Source: Eukaryota sp. TZLM1-RC
Lineage: Eukaryota; Protista; Metamonada: BaSk clade
Assembly (NCBI GenBank): GCA_040285825.1
Contig: JAUPSS010000007.1
Coordinates: forward strand, 2,702,689-2,766,688
Length of the DNA stretch: 64,000 nucleotides
Direction of reading: 5' to 3'
A program made the translations under genes and the position numbers. Below are positions 1-11,441 of this stretch, piece after piece (the stretch's first letter is position 1; each line of letters opens with the position of its first letter). Below the pieces are notes generated by a model that was not told where the DNA came from, searched no databases, and saw nothing but the letters and a program-made list of their open reading frames with translations.

Positions 1-387
1 GTTGCATTATATTCCTCAACTCTCTTTGGAAAACTGTTAATTCTTATTCCACAGTGATTTGAATTAGAAATTGGATGACAGATATACACTATTCTGACAT
101 AAATTCAATGTGTCATCATAAATTAATTTGCTTTCAAGCGAATGTTTAGTTCCAATAATGATACGTGACACAGCTGGTGAATTTTATGTTATGTACCTAT
201 AAGGTGCAATAAGGTTGTAGAGAAATGTGTTTGATTCAAAAATCTATATCATCAACTTCAGGGAAGGTTCTTAATTTAGCAAAACTCTGAGAAATAACTA
301 TTTTCAGAAAGTGCAATTAGTTCATTAAGAGGAAAAGATCCGCAGGAATTGCATATATCTACCGAAATATTACCGTTTTTCTTTGCT

Positions 388-610
388 CAAAACAACATAC
401 AGGAAGAGTTTTGAACAAGACGTTTTGGCAGAACAGAATGATATTTTCAATTTTTAAAGGTGTTGTTGTCCCCTTATTGTATTCTGCATTTTTAACTTTT
501 GGTCGCTTCTATGAAGGAAAAACTTCCAGTTAATTCTTTTTGGCTGATTGGGGGTATGAAGATTTAAAATTTTCATTTGTGTTGATTTGTTTTCCGTTGG
601 AATAAATAAA
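388..610 (+). mobile_element. 3' remnant of a CRE-like non-LTR retrotransposon (family E)
   Basis: Reads TGRVLNKTFWQNR...FKG...GRFYEG...LADWG, then a 3' UTR with aataaa; close match to 63600-63830. Confidence 0.6.
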
Positions 611-699
611 TGTAATGAAAACAACAAAAGTTTTGATTTAATTTAACAATTTACAAAACAACAGTTCAATAATACACCTCCCAAAGTAAAAAGAGCTAC

Positions 700-1110
700 A
701 ACTTGGTAATAGTGCAATTCTCTGAGAAAATATGGTGTAGGGAGCGAGTGAACCATGTAACAAGACCCCTTCTATTATCTTTGGAGCATAACCAAAATGT
801 TCTCTCTACAGCTATGCTGATCTCTTTACATTATTTCCATGTGCTTCCATCACTGCCAACATTTGCATTAAAAATTATTCGTTGTTCCCAGTTTCCAATC
901 TCAATAACAACTTGCCTGGATGCTACTGTTTTGAATCTTTGCATCATTTTCGCCTCAGGTCTTGTGCGATTAATGTCAGTCCATGTGCATAGATTCCTGA
1001 ATATTTTTTGATGAGAGACTTCACAAATATTGCTAAGGAAAGCCTCTTAATAATACACGAAACAACGATGAATCTAATGGTTTGTCAAACAGAACAGCAA
1101 AGATCATTAA
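700..1110 (-). pseudogene. Highly degraded, internally deleted Fanzor (TnpB-like) remnant
   Basis: Manual minus-strand translation gives IFRNLCTWTDINRTRPEAKMMQRFKT..VVIEIGNWEQ (Fanzor1-like FRKL-IN-E-M-F..GDW). Another frame gives CKC...RDQHSCRENI...PYFLR (RuvC-III-like and C-terminal motif). Multiple stops. Confidence 0.45.
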
Positions 1111-1316
1111 CCTAAAGTGCCAAAAGGCACACGTAGTAAAAGAAAAAACACTTAATTCAAATCTTGATTTTTATTGCTATCGATAATAGTTCTTGAAATA
1201 GTGATGTCAAAATCACTTCGCAAAAAAGAAGTTTAAATTAAATAATAAGCTTAACCAAAAAACAACAAAAAAAGACAAGACCAATACAATTAAAAACACA
1301 AAATACCCTCAACATT

Positions 1317-2693
1317 TCATGATCGTCTCTTTTTAACCAAATCTTTAATACATTTTCGTAATTTTGAAATAAAACCGTCAACATCTTGATCAGTGATTCC
1401 TACACTACTTGCACAATGCAAATAAGAATGTGGAAAATGGTCAAAATGATGGCCAAACTGCTTGAGAACAACATCACCAATGCTAACATCTGCACAATCT
1501 CCAACCGTTCTAGCACCAGAGACCCCTCTTTTGTACAGCATAGAGCCCAATTTAGAGACCTCATCTGTAGAAAAGGTGTTCAAGGTCATTGCTATCGCTA
1601 TGTTGTTGTTAGGACAGTCTAATACCCGTTCACCCAGTTCTGATGCCAAAGAAGCAAGAGAACATTTAAGAACATCAAACAAACGAGACCTTTCAGCTAA
1701 GAGACGCAAATAACCCTGTTTTCCCATTGAGAGGAAGGTCAACATGACATCCAGAAGAGGGGAGATGGACGCTCTTCCAGGATAGCAATGGCTCACACCA
1801 TCAACAAGTTCCTTGTTGCCAGCTACAACACATCCCCCTACAGGGACTAGGAAGTTCTTATCTGTGGAAAAGACAAACAAATCGAGGCAGCCTTCATTAA
1901 GCGCTCGTTTAATAGATTTTATTGATGACTCCGAATTAAACCCATAAGCAAAGTTAGATACATGATACACTCCTGCCCGTCTACATAATCTTCCTACACC
2001 GAGAGCATCGTCTACGGCACGAGGAGCAAAACAAGAAGTGGTGGAGACAACTGCAAGTAAATCTTCTTGATAGTTGGTAATAACGTCATCAAGATGGTCT
2101 AGATCAAGAAAGAGTTCATCATTGTGTTGAGTAAGTTCTACTGCAACTAATTTGAAACCAGCAGAAACAATTGCTTTGGGAGCACTTTTTTGATCACATC
2201 GAATCCAAATAACTGTACTTTTATGAGAAACTTGCAATCGTAAAGAATTTAAAATCATCATCAAACCCATTCCTGTGGCCAATGGTAACATAACAGCCTC
2301 TTTTACAGGTATTTTCAATGTTCTGAGTAGGTCTTTTATGAGAGCACTTGTTAAATGTGAAATAACAGTTGAACCTGCAGCTTTGGGTTGTGAGGCAGTT
2401 ATATCACCAGAACGACCTATGCCATGGCTGAGATGGTAGTTTCTTTGGGAGACAAGATGAGAATAGATGCGACCTTCACGTTCGCCTATAGAGACTGAAG
2501 AGGTGCCATTGTTACAGTCTAAAGATGACAAATAGGAGAGAAAAAGGTTTATGGTGGTTTCAGACCATGGTTCATTTGGTATTTGCCGAGTTGATATCAA
2601 TGATTCCAGCTTTTTAGTATGTGATTTGAGAAGATCAGTACTGAGATCGATATGAGATTTGGTTGAAAGAGAGGTCAGAAGAGACGGATCCAT
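1317..2693 (-). CDS. SEPSECS: O-phosphoseryl-tRNA(Sec) selenium transferase
   Basis: Intact 458-aa ORF with GEREGR, HGIGRSGD..A.QPKAAGS, STTSCFAPR, STDKNFLVPVGG (PLP lysine) and YPGRAS motifs. Confidence 0.96.
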   Translation of the reverse strand: MDPSLLTSLSTKSHIDLSTDLLKSHTKKLESLISTRQIPNEPWSETTINLFLSYLSSLDCNNGTSSVSIGEREGRIYSHLVSQRNYHLSHGIGRSGDITASQPKAAGSTVISHLTSALIKDLLRTLKIPVKEAVMLPLATGMGLMMILNSLRLQVSHKSTVIWIRCDQKSAPKAIVSAGFKLVAVELTQHNDELFLDLDHLDDVITNYQEDLLAVVSTTSCFAPRAVDDALGVGRLCRRAGVYHVSNFAYGFNSESSIKSIKRALNEGCLDLFVFSTDKNFLVPVGGCVVAGNKELVDGVSHCYPGRASISPLLDVMLTFLSMGKQGYLRLLAERSRLFDVLKCSLASLASELGERVLDCPNNNIAIAMTLNTFSTDEVSKLGSMLYKRGVSGARTVGDCADVSIGDVVLKQFGHHFDHFPHSYLHCASSVGITDQDVDGFISKLRKCIKDLVKKRRS

Positions 2694-2730
2694 CTTTACA
2701 GATATTGTTTATAGCAATGAAATAAGTGTT

Positions 2731-2830
2731 CTACACCGATGAAGGTGGACAGTTGTAAGGGCTGGAAATTCCCATAGGTACACGATCAATTTTCGTGTGG
2801 AATAATTACAAAAACTATCTACTACACAGA
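2731..2830 (-). ncRNA. Putative Fanzor omega-RNA scaffold / element right end
   Basis: Non-coding tail after the stop codon. It matches copy 2 (39721-39770) at all but one base. Hairpins: attcc-acacga-(aaattga)-tcgtgt..ggaat and cacc-ttcatc-ggtg. The position is where TnpB/Fanzor omega-RNAs are encoded. Confidence 0.45.
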
Positions 2831-5110
2831 TACTGAGGCTTTCATTACCACTCATTCTCGCTTCAGCAATTGCAAACATATTGACACAAGCCAGCTTATT
2901 TCTATTGAAAAGCTTTGTTGAGCCTTTGTTACTGGTTTTGCAAGTCTCACTGTTACAAGCTAATGAACCATGACATGTAGTAACAGGAGTCTTTTCTCTT
3001 ACATAGAATCTGGGATTTGTTACTCTCAAAAACGTAGAAACCTTTTCAAAACAAACAAAACATTTTGATGAAATGAAAGCTTCATTAATCATCAATACTT
3101 TAAATCCATTTCTTTTCAGAACTTGAATCCATCCAATGCCTCGAGTAGGTCTCTGTTGTTTCAAATTCTTGGAACCTTTTGTACTATAATCACCCATTAG
3201 TATTTAAGTGTCTTTTGGATTGTCACACTGCTGAACAAGGTTTTTCAACAACCAACTTTCAGTCTTTTGCTTGTGAACAAAACCTTGCATTTTTTGAATG
3301 CTCCACAAGTCAAGACTATAAAAGTCAATTGTCAAAAAAACTTGCCGAAGTTTGGCAATCACAAAGTTGGAAAAATCTAGTAAAGTTGCTAAATCGACAG
3401 CAAACGCGGATAAGTTGGTGTTTGCATCTTCAATTATCATTTCGTTAGACTCTATCATTTGGTTCCTGTCGTAACCTACCTCAGTATACTTTGTCGCCCA
3501 TCGTTTCTGTTTTTCATTCATCCTACTTTTCAAAGACCAGGACATCTGAGTCATGCTCAACCAAATGTACTTCTTGTCTTGATTCATCACTGGACTTTTT
3601 CTTTGTTGTTCAGTTTCATGTTCAGGCAACATGGTTAATTCTTGATCCGTTTTTTTACTCCCAAAATACAATAAATCATGTTTCCAGGATCACAAACAAC
3701 AATTGGTTTGTCTTGAAAAGCATCAACATCGACATCATCAATATTTAAATCAGAAATAATAGCCTTGTTGTCTGGCTTACATTTCTGACCTTGTAAATCC
3801 TGACCAACAAATTCTACTGCGATATTAAATTCATTTGTTTGGATAATGTTGTTGAATTTTCAGCTCTTCTGTTTGAAAATTTGTTGGTTTAAATCGAGAA
3901 TATTAGACCAAAAGTCAAATTGCTCAGGTGGTTTAAGTCTATGAACTTGGGCTAGTGTATTGACCGTTTTTAATCTCTGATCAGTCAACAAATCGTCCAT
4001 CAATGTTTGTCTAATCATTGTCCATAATGTTCTTGTATCAATAGGAAAATATCCAGGGCCTACAGTGGTTGAAACAGGCGAAATATGATAAGGTTTTTTC
4101 TCTCTACTAACAATATTTTGGGCAATTATAATTGCTGGTATTAGGAATATTCGAGGATCTTTTTCAACAGCGTCTGCAAGAAAATGTATATCCACTGGAA
4201 ATATGTTGTCAACTAAATTCTCGTCAGTGACCAAATTTTCAATTTGACCAGTAAATGGCTCAATAAGACCTTTAAATATGTCTCTAAGTTCATTATTTCT
4301 TATATCATATTGTTCACATAAATCGAAAAATTCATCATTCAGAAGGTCAGAAATATTTTCAGGATGATGAAACAAAGAACTCAAACAATCTCTATCATCA
4401 ACTAAAAACAAGTTTTTGAATTGACGAGGCCTAAATTTATATAGTGAAATAATGGTAGATAATGGCGTTGAGTATTCACCCAGCTTGTGCATTTCTTCTA
4501 ACACATTTTCCACATCTGGTTTGTTAAAAAAGACATTAATAAATGGATTAATATGTTTTTCATAATTTAATTTTAAATTACTCTCAATATTGGCAAACAT
4601 TACTGGGGCCATATACTCAGGTGGTCTATTAAATCTATCAGTGGGATATCGTGGGAAAAACTCAGGCCTATATCTCAAATAATCTACATAACTTACAGTT
4701 TTGTTCAACCTTTGTTGTTCAAATGTAGTCGATAATCTATAATCTCCTTCACCATAAACAAAGTTTTCAAAATCCTCTGGAAATGCACTTTTTGGTTTCA
4801 CCATTTTAGGCCCAAAAAATTCAGCTGAAATACAACGAATTCTGGCCATTAATGATTCATATAATTGGGCAGATATTCGTGTTGGTATACAATTTCGTTC
4901 AAAAGAAGACTGTAAATACAGCTTTAAGCAACAAGTGGTGTGAATACGTAACTGTTAAAATTTAAAACAGTTTCTCTCAATTTGAGTATCACATTTGCAT
5001 GTTTAACCAATGAGTTGATGATTGCTCGAATGGTTTTATAAGATGATAAAATAAATTTGTCTTTCTAAAACAGCACGAAAAGTTTCAGACAAAGGATACA
5101 ATCATGAAGC
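2731..5110 (-). mobile_element. Fanzor1-type element, copy 1 (near full length, frameshifted pseudogene)
   Basis: Across frames: N-terminal YKTIRAIINSLVK..LKLY; PGYFPIDT; FWSNILDL; RuvC-I IVVCDPG (~3690); MGDY..PTRGIG; RuvC-II INEAF.S.KC..C; CHG.L.C..C zinc finger; RuvC-III position NRNKLA; C-terminal RPQYLCSR* frame (stop 2815-2817). Confidence 0.85.
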
Positions 5111-5154
5111 CCATATTGAATCGAATTTTGTATCAGAGGAGAAGTAGTTTAGGC

Positions 5155-6445
5155 TCAAAAGTTTAATGAACTACGTGCAAAAATTTTTGTCACAATTACT
5201 GGGAAGTAAAATGTTCCAAATTCCAGACCATGCTTATCTTAGTCCACATTATGGCGGTTCAAGTTGGACAAAGGCTTCTATTCTTACTTCATGGGCTTTT
5301 GTTGGAGGATGCAGAAATGCAATCTTTGAGTTTTCCGAAAGATTTCCAGATTGGGAAGATTTATTAATGACAACCCAAAGTTCCACTGTTTTTGCATTAA
5401 ATGAAGAAATTTCCAAAATTGATATAGAAAAATGGAGTCGATGCTTTCCCCAATCTCTCAATGGCAATATTCCAGAAAAGCATTTTTCAAATATAAAATA
5501 GACTCTTCGAACATAACAGAAACGATTTACTGGAATGTATGAAAATGATCTTTTTAATAATATATGCAGCTCGGCTGTTTTAAATCAAGATCTTCACTCA
5601 TTGTTATTGTAAAAGGGGGTTTGTGAAAATCAGTCATCAGATTCTTCACTTTTTGTAACCATTGTACCACGAGGATTTGAATTGTGTGCCACTAATGAAG
5701 CATTTGTAACAAAAATGAGATTATATTTGAATATTCCCATTAATCAATTATTATCAAAAGAAAAATGTATTTTTTCGAATTCACCTCAGCTCACTTTACG
5801 TCATGCTCTGAATTGTTCGAAATTGATAACTTATCGTTCTTTATTACATGATGCTGTTAGGGACACTGTTTTCAATATGGCACAAACTGCAAGAATATCG
5901 TGTATAAAAGAGCCTCTGCTGAAGGAAACACTATCCCTGAATAATTTTGGTTCTGAGTAGATAGAGTCGATGTATACTTTGATTGGATTGATAACTCTGA
6001 AGCTATTGTTGACTTTGTCTCATGTAATGTTGCAAATGATACTGTGGTTCACAGAAGAAAACTGAATCCTGTAAGTGCTCATGATTTTAAAGCATAGAAA
6101 ATATGATCAAGATATTGAAGAAGCTAATGCTGGTACAAATACACAGCTGGTTTTATTGCTTTCCCATTTTCGATAAATGGAAGATTATCAGATGAAGCAG
6201 AAACTTTCTTGAATGACTTCCAAAAAATAGTTCAAGAAAAAACAATGACAAGATTTGATACTTTTTTATGGCGTTCTCGGATTCAATTTGCCATTATTCA
6301 TAGATTACCTCGGTTTTTCAAACGAATAAGAGAAGCTTTAGCTAGACAGCAAGCAGATCAAGATTTTGTAGAGGAAATCTTGGTTCAATGATAGTCGTCC
6401 CATTAGTTATGAGTTAATTTCATTAAGTGTGCATGTTCAATAAAT
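5155..6445 (+). mobile_element. 5'-truncated CRE-like non-LTR retrotransposon (family A), degenerate
   Basis: ORF pieces 5166-6391 contain SPHYGG, HALNC..HDAVRD (zinc knuckle), an RLE-type D..D region and DFVEEILVQ*; shared 3' UTR tgatagtcgtcccattagttatga. Confidence 0.8.
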
Positions 6446-7784
6446 ATACAAGGAGAAGTAGCTAAACAATCAATTACCAAAATATGGGAAAATTCCTTAT
6501 GAAGTTTGATTTTCTTTTCATTTATCATTTTATGTGCCAAATTGCCTAATCCATGTCCGAAAGGTATTTTAATAAAATTTTTGGCAAAACCCCAGTATCT
6601 AAAAGAAAAAAGCACTTTTCCCTTATGACAACCTCTCTCCATTTTGTTGAAAGTTGATTGAGTACATCAATTGTTGCATCATCTCGAACAGTGGGAAATG
6701 GTGAATCAAAATAATTTAATCTATTTTTCAAAACCTGTAAATCAAATTGCATTAAATTGTGATTGAGAAAACAATGAGGTTGATGATCCATTGTTGTTTC
6801 CATTGTCTTTTATCCATTGTTAAATCAACAGTATATGGGTTTGTTGATAGAAGATGTTGGGAGCTTCTGGATTGAAAACATAAGTTATAAACCTAGTAAA
6901 ACTCAACATTATTGAAATAACAATTTAAGACACAACATCCCGTATCTAAGGTGTAAGTACCTAAACCACAAAAAACAACAGAATCAACAACAACAAAATA
7001 ACAATTCAAAACAAAACATAAACAAAAGAAACATCCCGTATCTAAGGTAATTATCACCATGGCTGATTCAACAGCATCCACATTATGACTCACATGATGA
7101 TAAAAAAAAGTGCAATACGCTAGCCTTTTGGAAGGATCAGAACGACGATCCCGATAGGAAATCGAGGTTCTGACCTTCCGTTTATTCCTGTAAAGCAGGA
7201 TTACTGTTGACGACTGAGGAGTTCGGGAGGAAGAACTCTGCTGTTCTGTGAGGAACAGGTTGAAGTAGGAGGTGGGAACTGAGTCCGTAACCTTGTTATC
7301 CTTTTTCTCGTTTCGCCGCATGATGTTACAAGAATAAGAAGAGTCAAGATAATATCGCTGTCTGACACGATGTCTGACATGCTGATTGCAATTTCAAATT
7401 GATTGCAAATTTCCACAATGTTATGAATGCCTATCCACTGTATCTCTATTAGTGGTCATCAACATCAGCTCGATTTACCATCTAGCTGTTCTGTTCGTTG
7501 TTACTCCGTCTCAACTCTATGTTTTTTCCAGTTTCCTTCTCCTTCCTTTACCTCGTGTCCCCTTCTCATTCACCTATCTCAACAATTCTCCCTCCCTCTC
7601 TCCCTCTCTGTTTTGACGGGACCTAATCAAATGCTTGTTGCCCTACACTTGGAGAGAAAGGAAGAAAATTAGGTTTTCATCTAATGGGTGGACCGCAACT
7701 CTTGAATGTCGCCTTCGTGGTTCCTTCTCATTATGGCCTGTAAGGATGGAAATTTAAAAATTTGTTAAATCTTCAATTTATTAA

Positions 7785-8735
7785 ACTTACACATTTAACA
7801 AAAAAACTCATAACTAATGGGACGAAATTCAGTGAACCAAGATTTGCTTTACAAAATCTTGATCTGCTTGCTGACTAGCTAAAGCTTATCTCATTCGATT
7901 AAAATACCAATGCAATCTATTAATAATGGCAAAGAATCTGAGAACGCCATAAAAATATCAAATCTTGTCATTGTTTTCTCTTGAACCATTTGTTGGAATT
8001 CATTCAAAAAAGTTCCTGCTTCTTCTATTAGTCTTCCGTTTATAGAAAATGGGAAAGCACTAAAACAAGTGGTCTATTTCTATCAACATTAGCTTTTTCG
8101 ATATCTTTGTCATATTTATTTATGTTTTTCTTTTGCTTTAAAATCAATAGCACTCACAGGATTAAGTTTTCTTCTTTGAATCAAAGAATAATTTGCAACA
8201 TTACATGAGACAAAGTCAACAATAGCTTCAGAATTATCAATCCAATCACAGTATACAATCCCTTTTTCATCAGAACCAAAATTATTCAAAGAAAGTGTTT
8301 CCTTCAACAGAGGCTCTTTAATACACGATATTTTTGCAGTTTGTGCCATATTGAAAACAGTGTCTCTAACTGCATCATTTAATGAAGAACGATAAGTTAT
8401 CAATTTAGAACAATTCAGAGCATGGCACAAAGTGAGTTGAGGTGAATTCGAACAAATATATTTCTCTTCTAATAAGAATTGATTAATGGAAATATTCAAA
8501 TATAATCTCATTTTTGTTAGCAATGCTTCATTAGTAGCACACAATCCATCATTTCGTGGTACAATGGTTACAAAAAGTGAAGAATCTGATGACTGGTTTT
8601 CACAAGCACCCTTTTTCAATAACAATGAGTGGAGATCTTGATTTAAAACAACTGAGCTGCATATATTTTTATAAAGATCATTTTCATACATTCCAGTCAG
8701 TCTTTTCTGTAATGTTGGAAGAGTGTAATTTGTTA
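7785..8735 (-). mobile_element. 5'-truncated CRE-like retrotransposon (family A)
   Basis: ORF 8116-8796 is near-identical to other family A copies; same 3' tail. Confidence 0.8.
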
Positions 8736-9170
8736 AATTAATATCAAGTTTATATTTATAATTGGGTACCAAATGTTCAACTAAAGTCATTACCATCCCA
8801 CTATTTGGCCTTCAAAACTGCTGAAAAACTATCCAAAAATTACATTCCATTTTCACCATTCGATTAGGAGGGCTTTCAAGTAGCTGGACATTAAGACCAT
8901 GAAAATTTGCTTAGTATATTGTACACTACGTAGAGCACTGTACCGAGAAGTAGAGTCGTAATAATGATTGAAATTAGATTCACAATCTTCCAAACTTTCA
9001 CAAACTTTTATTAAAATTCTTGATTAAAACTGTACCACTAATGTCAATAAACCCAATAACAAATCTTAATCAACAATTTTAATTTTAATTTTAATTTTAT
9101 TGATCTGTTTACAATAATATTCAACTATGCTAAATTACAACAACCACATTCAAATAGTGTTGACAAAACA

Positions 9171-10100
9171 CTATTCACCATTCATTTCAACTTTCCTCAA
9201 CTTAACGTACTTTTTCATATACACTTTACTCCCGTTATAAACGCACGTAATTAAAGATACTATAATAACACAGACATGTAGCCATTGCTTTTCGTAAACA
9301 AGTCGTACGTGAATCATTGTTGAAAATGTATAGCCAATCTGTATCAATGCAAAAGCCAGCCAATGAAGCTTTTCTGGGACTAATTGGAAAGCTTTATAAG
9401 TCCAAGATCCCGGGGTTGATTTGATCCTCATCCAACGAAGACTGGTCATGACTTTCTGATCGTTTTTGACCGGGGTTGATAGAAATTCAGTGACTAAAAG
9501 ATACAGCATCTGCCAGGCCAGGTAAACAATAAAAGCATTCAAATAAGCAGAATTCGAGAAGCTAGCGGGTAGACCATTTTCCAATCTCCACCGAAGACAG
9601 TACATCACAAGAGAAGGTTGTATGTGGAGCAAAAGAGAAGTGAGGTTGTCAAGGGAATGAAAGACGAGTGAGTTACGCCAAACGTTGATAGCCAGCGTGA
9701 GAGGGCCAGTAGCGAAACTAAAGCAGACTTGGAAGAGAGCAGCATTCTTACGGAAGAAGAGGATTTGTGCAATAGTGAGAAGATTAGAGAAATAGCAGAA
9801 ATCGAGACAGAAACCATGGTACTTACACTTGCGATAACAGTAGTATCTGATAGCAAGGAGGGGAAAGAAGAGACCTACATATACAAGGTGGTACATTGAA
9901 GGAAAGACTAGGAACATGAATTCCAAAAAGATGAGGAGAATGACCCCACTAAAGAAGGAAAGAGAGTCTAAGAGTTCAATGGCTTTGGGATGTTGTTCTA
10001 ATGCACGTTTTATGCGTTTTACCTGGGCTAGAGAGAGGGAAAATCTACGAGATCTTTGAACACGTTTAGAGTTCCGTGATGTTCGGTTGGTAGTTGCCAT
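9171..10100 (-). CDS. GPC1: Glycerophosphocholine acyltransferase GPC1-like (DUF2838) membrane protein
   Basis: Motifs H.F.LDFCYF.N, GPL..AI..WRNSLVFHSLD..TS..H..P and TSLRW; multi-TM protein. Likely ATG at 10100 (the ORF track extends upstream from a non-ATG start). Confidence 0.85.
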   Translation of the reverse strand: MATTNRTSRNSKRVQRSRRFSLSLAQVKRIKRALEQHPKAIELLDSLSFFSGVILLIFLEFMFLVFPSMYHLVYVGLFFPLLAIRYYCYRKCKYHGFCLDFCYFSNLLTIAQILFFRKNAALFQVCFSFATGPLTLAINVWRNSLVFHSLDNLTSLLLHIQPSLVMYCLRWRLENGLPASFSNSAYLNAFIVYLAWQMLYLLVTEFLSTPVKNDQKVMTSLRWMRIKSTPGSWTYKAFQLVPEKLHWLAFALIQIGYTFSTMIHVRLVYEKQWLHVCVIIVSLITCVYNGSKVYMKKYVKLRKVEMNGE

Positions 10101-10831
10101 TGTTGGGGTCTGGTATTTGAGAGAAGATGCTGGAGAGTCAGCTGGTGGAGGCTTGTTGTGACGTTTGTGGATCATTAGAAGAGACCTAGATGTGGTGAAG
10201 ATGCCCTTCTCCACTTGTTATTTTTGAGAAATCCCAATTATGTGAAACACTACTCATGGACCACAACACTCCTCCGAGTATGATAATGCTGTGAACACGC
10301 TTTATTAATGTTATAGGACGAACCGGTTTTCTGTTAACACCTCTTTTGTGTCAAACCACTAATTGATTTCTTTATTTGCGAACTACCTCACTTGAGATGG
10401 GCGATTTTCCGCCACAATATTCTTGCTCCTTTAACAAGGGGTTGTACGCAAAGGCTGTCCAAATTCTACAAAATCTGAACTTTGTTCAACACTCTTGTTG
10501 GACTGCTTGTTTATCAAAATCATTAGTGTGCAATTGATGCCAAGAGTGATAAATGTATATCCAGTGGATGAATATTTGTGGGTAATATATTAATCTGAAA
10601 AAAGATTGATTGAAAGTATAGATCGTTTGATATGTGGCGAATTGATCCAGGTTGAAATATCAAGGCTGAATCATGCAAAGAAAATTCGAACTGAAAGTAT
10701 TGCAGTAGGTAAAAGTATTGGTTAAGGTTTTCAAATGTGTCTGTTTCAGGAATTTATTTAATAATTTTATCAATTTGAAGTTCAAATTTTTGAACTGAAA
10801 TTTTTAAATCTTCAAATCGTTTAACCTTACA

Positions 10832-11267
10832 ATGACTCAAGCCCAACAACCACAATACGAATTATCACAAACTGTTGCCAACAATCAACCAGTGGCCCAA
10901 ATGCCTACATATTACAAAAACGTTCGTGACAATGAGGTTATGTTGTGGGAGGGCCGTCCTCAGGTTGGATGCTTTGAAGCATTTGTTTGTTGTTATCACA
11001 TTCTATTCATCGCAGGAATTTCGCCTTCATCGATATGTTCTTACGAATAAGGTCCTCACTGTCGAATCCGGATTTTTTTCGAAGCACCACAGTGCATATG
11101 CCGTCAGTGAGATCGTCAGTGTAGAGCTGACAGTTGGATGTTGCTCTAGCAGAGCTGACCTTGTGATTTCCTTCACATCAGGCAAATCGGCACGCCTCTT
11201 TAGTGTTCCTAATGTGATGCAGGTTTATGAAATGTTCGAAAAGGCCATTGCTGCACGAACAGTTTAA
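10832..11267 (+). CDS. Small bacterial-PH (bPH_2-like) domain protein split over two frames (short intron or indel)
   Basis: Frame 1 gives EVMLWEGRP; the +1 frame gives RYVLTNKVLTVESGFFSK..EIVSVEL. GT..AG segments 10985-11015 or 10964-11015 would restore the frame. Confidence 0.6.
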
Positions 11268-11441
11268 ATCTCTTTAGAATATTTTATTATGTATTTATTT
11301 ATTACAACCTGTCAGCATTCACTTAAGTTATTCCACAAGTAGTGTTTGGCTCTCAACTCACACAAAGATCTGAAGAGGAATCAATTGAATGAACCAAATG
11401 GAGCATCCAAATTGATTATGTAACAATTTGCTGGTTTCAAC

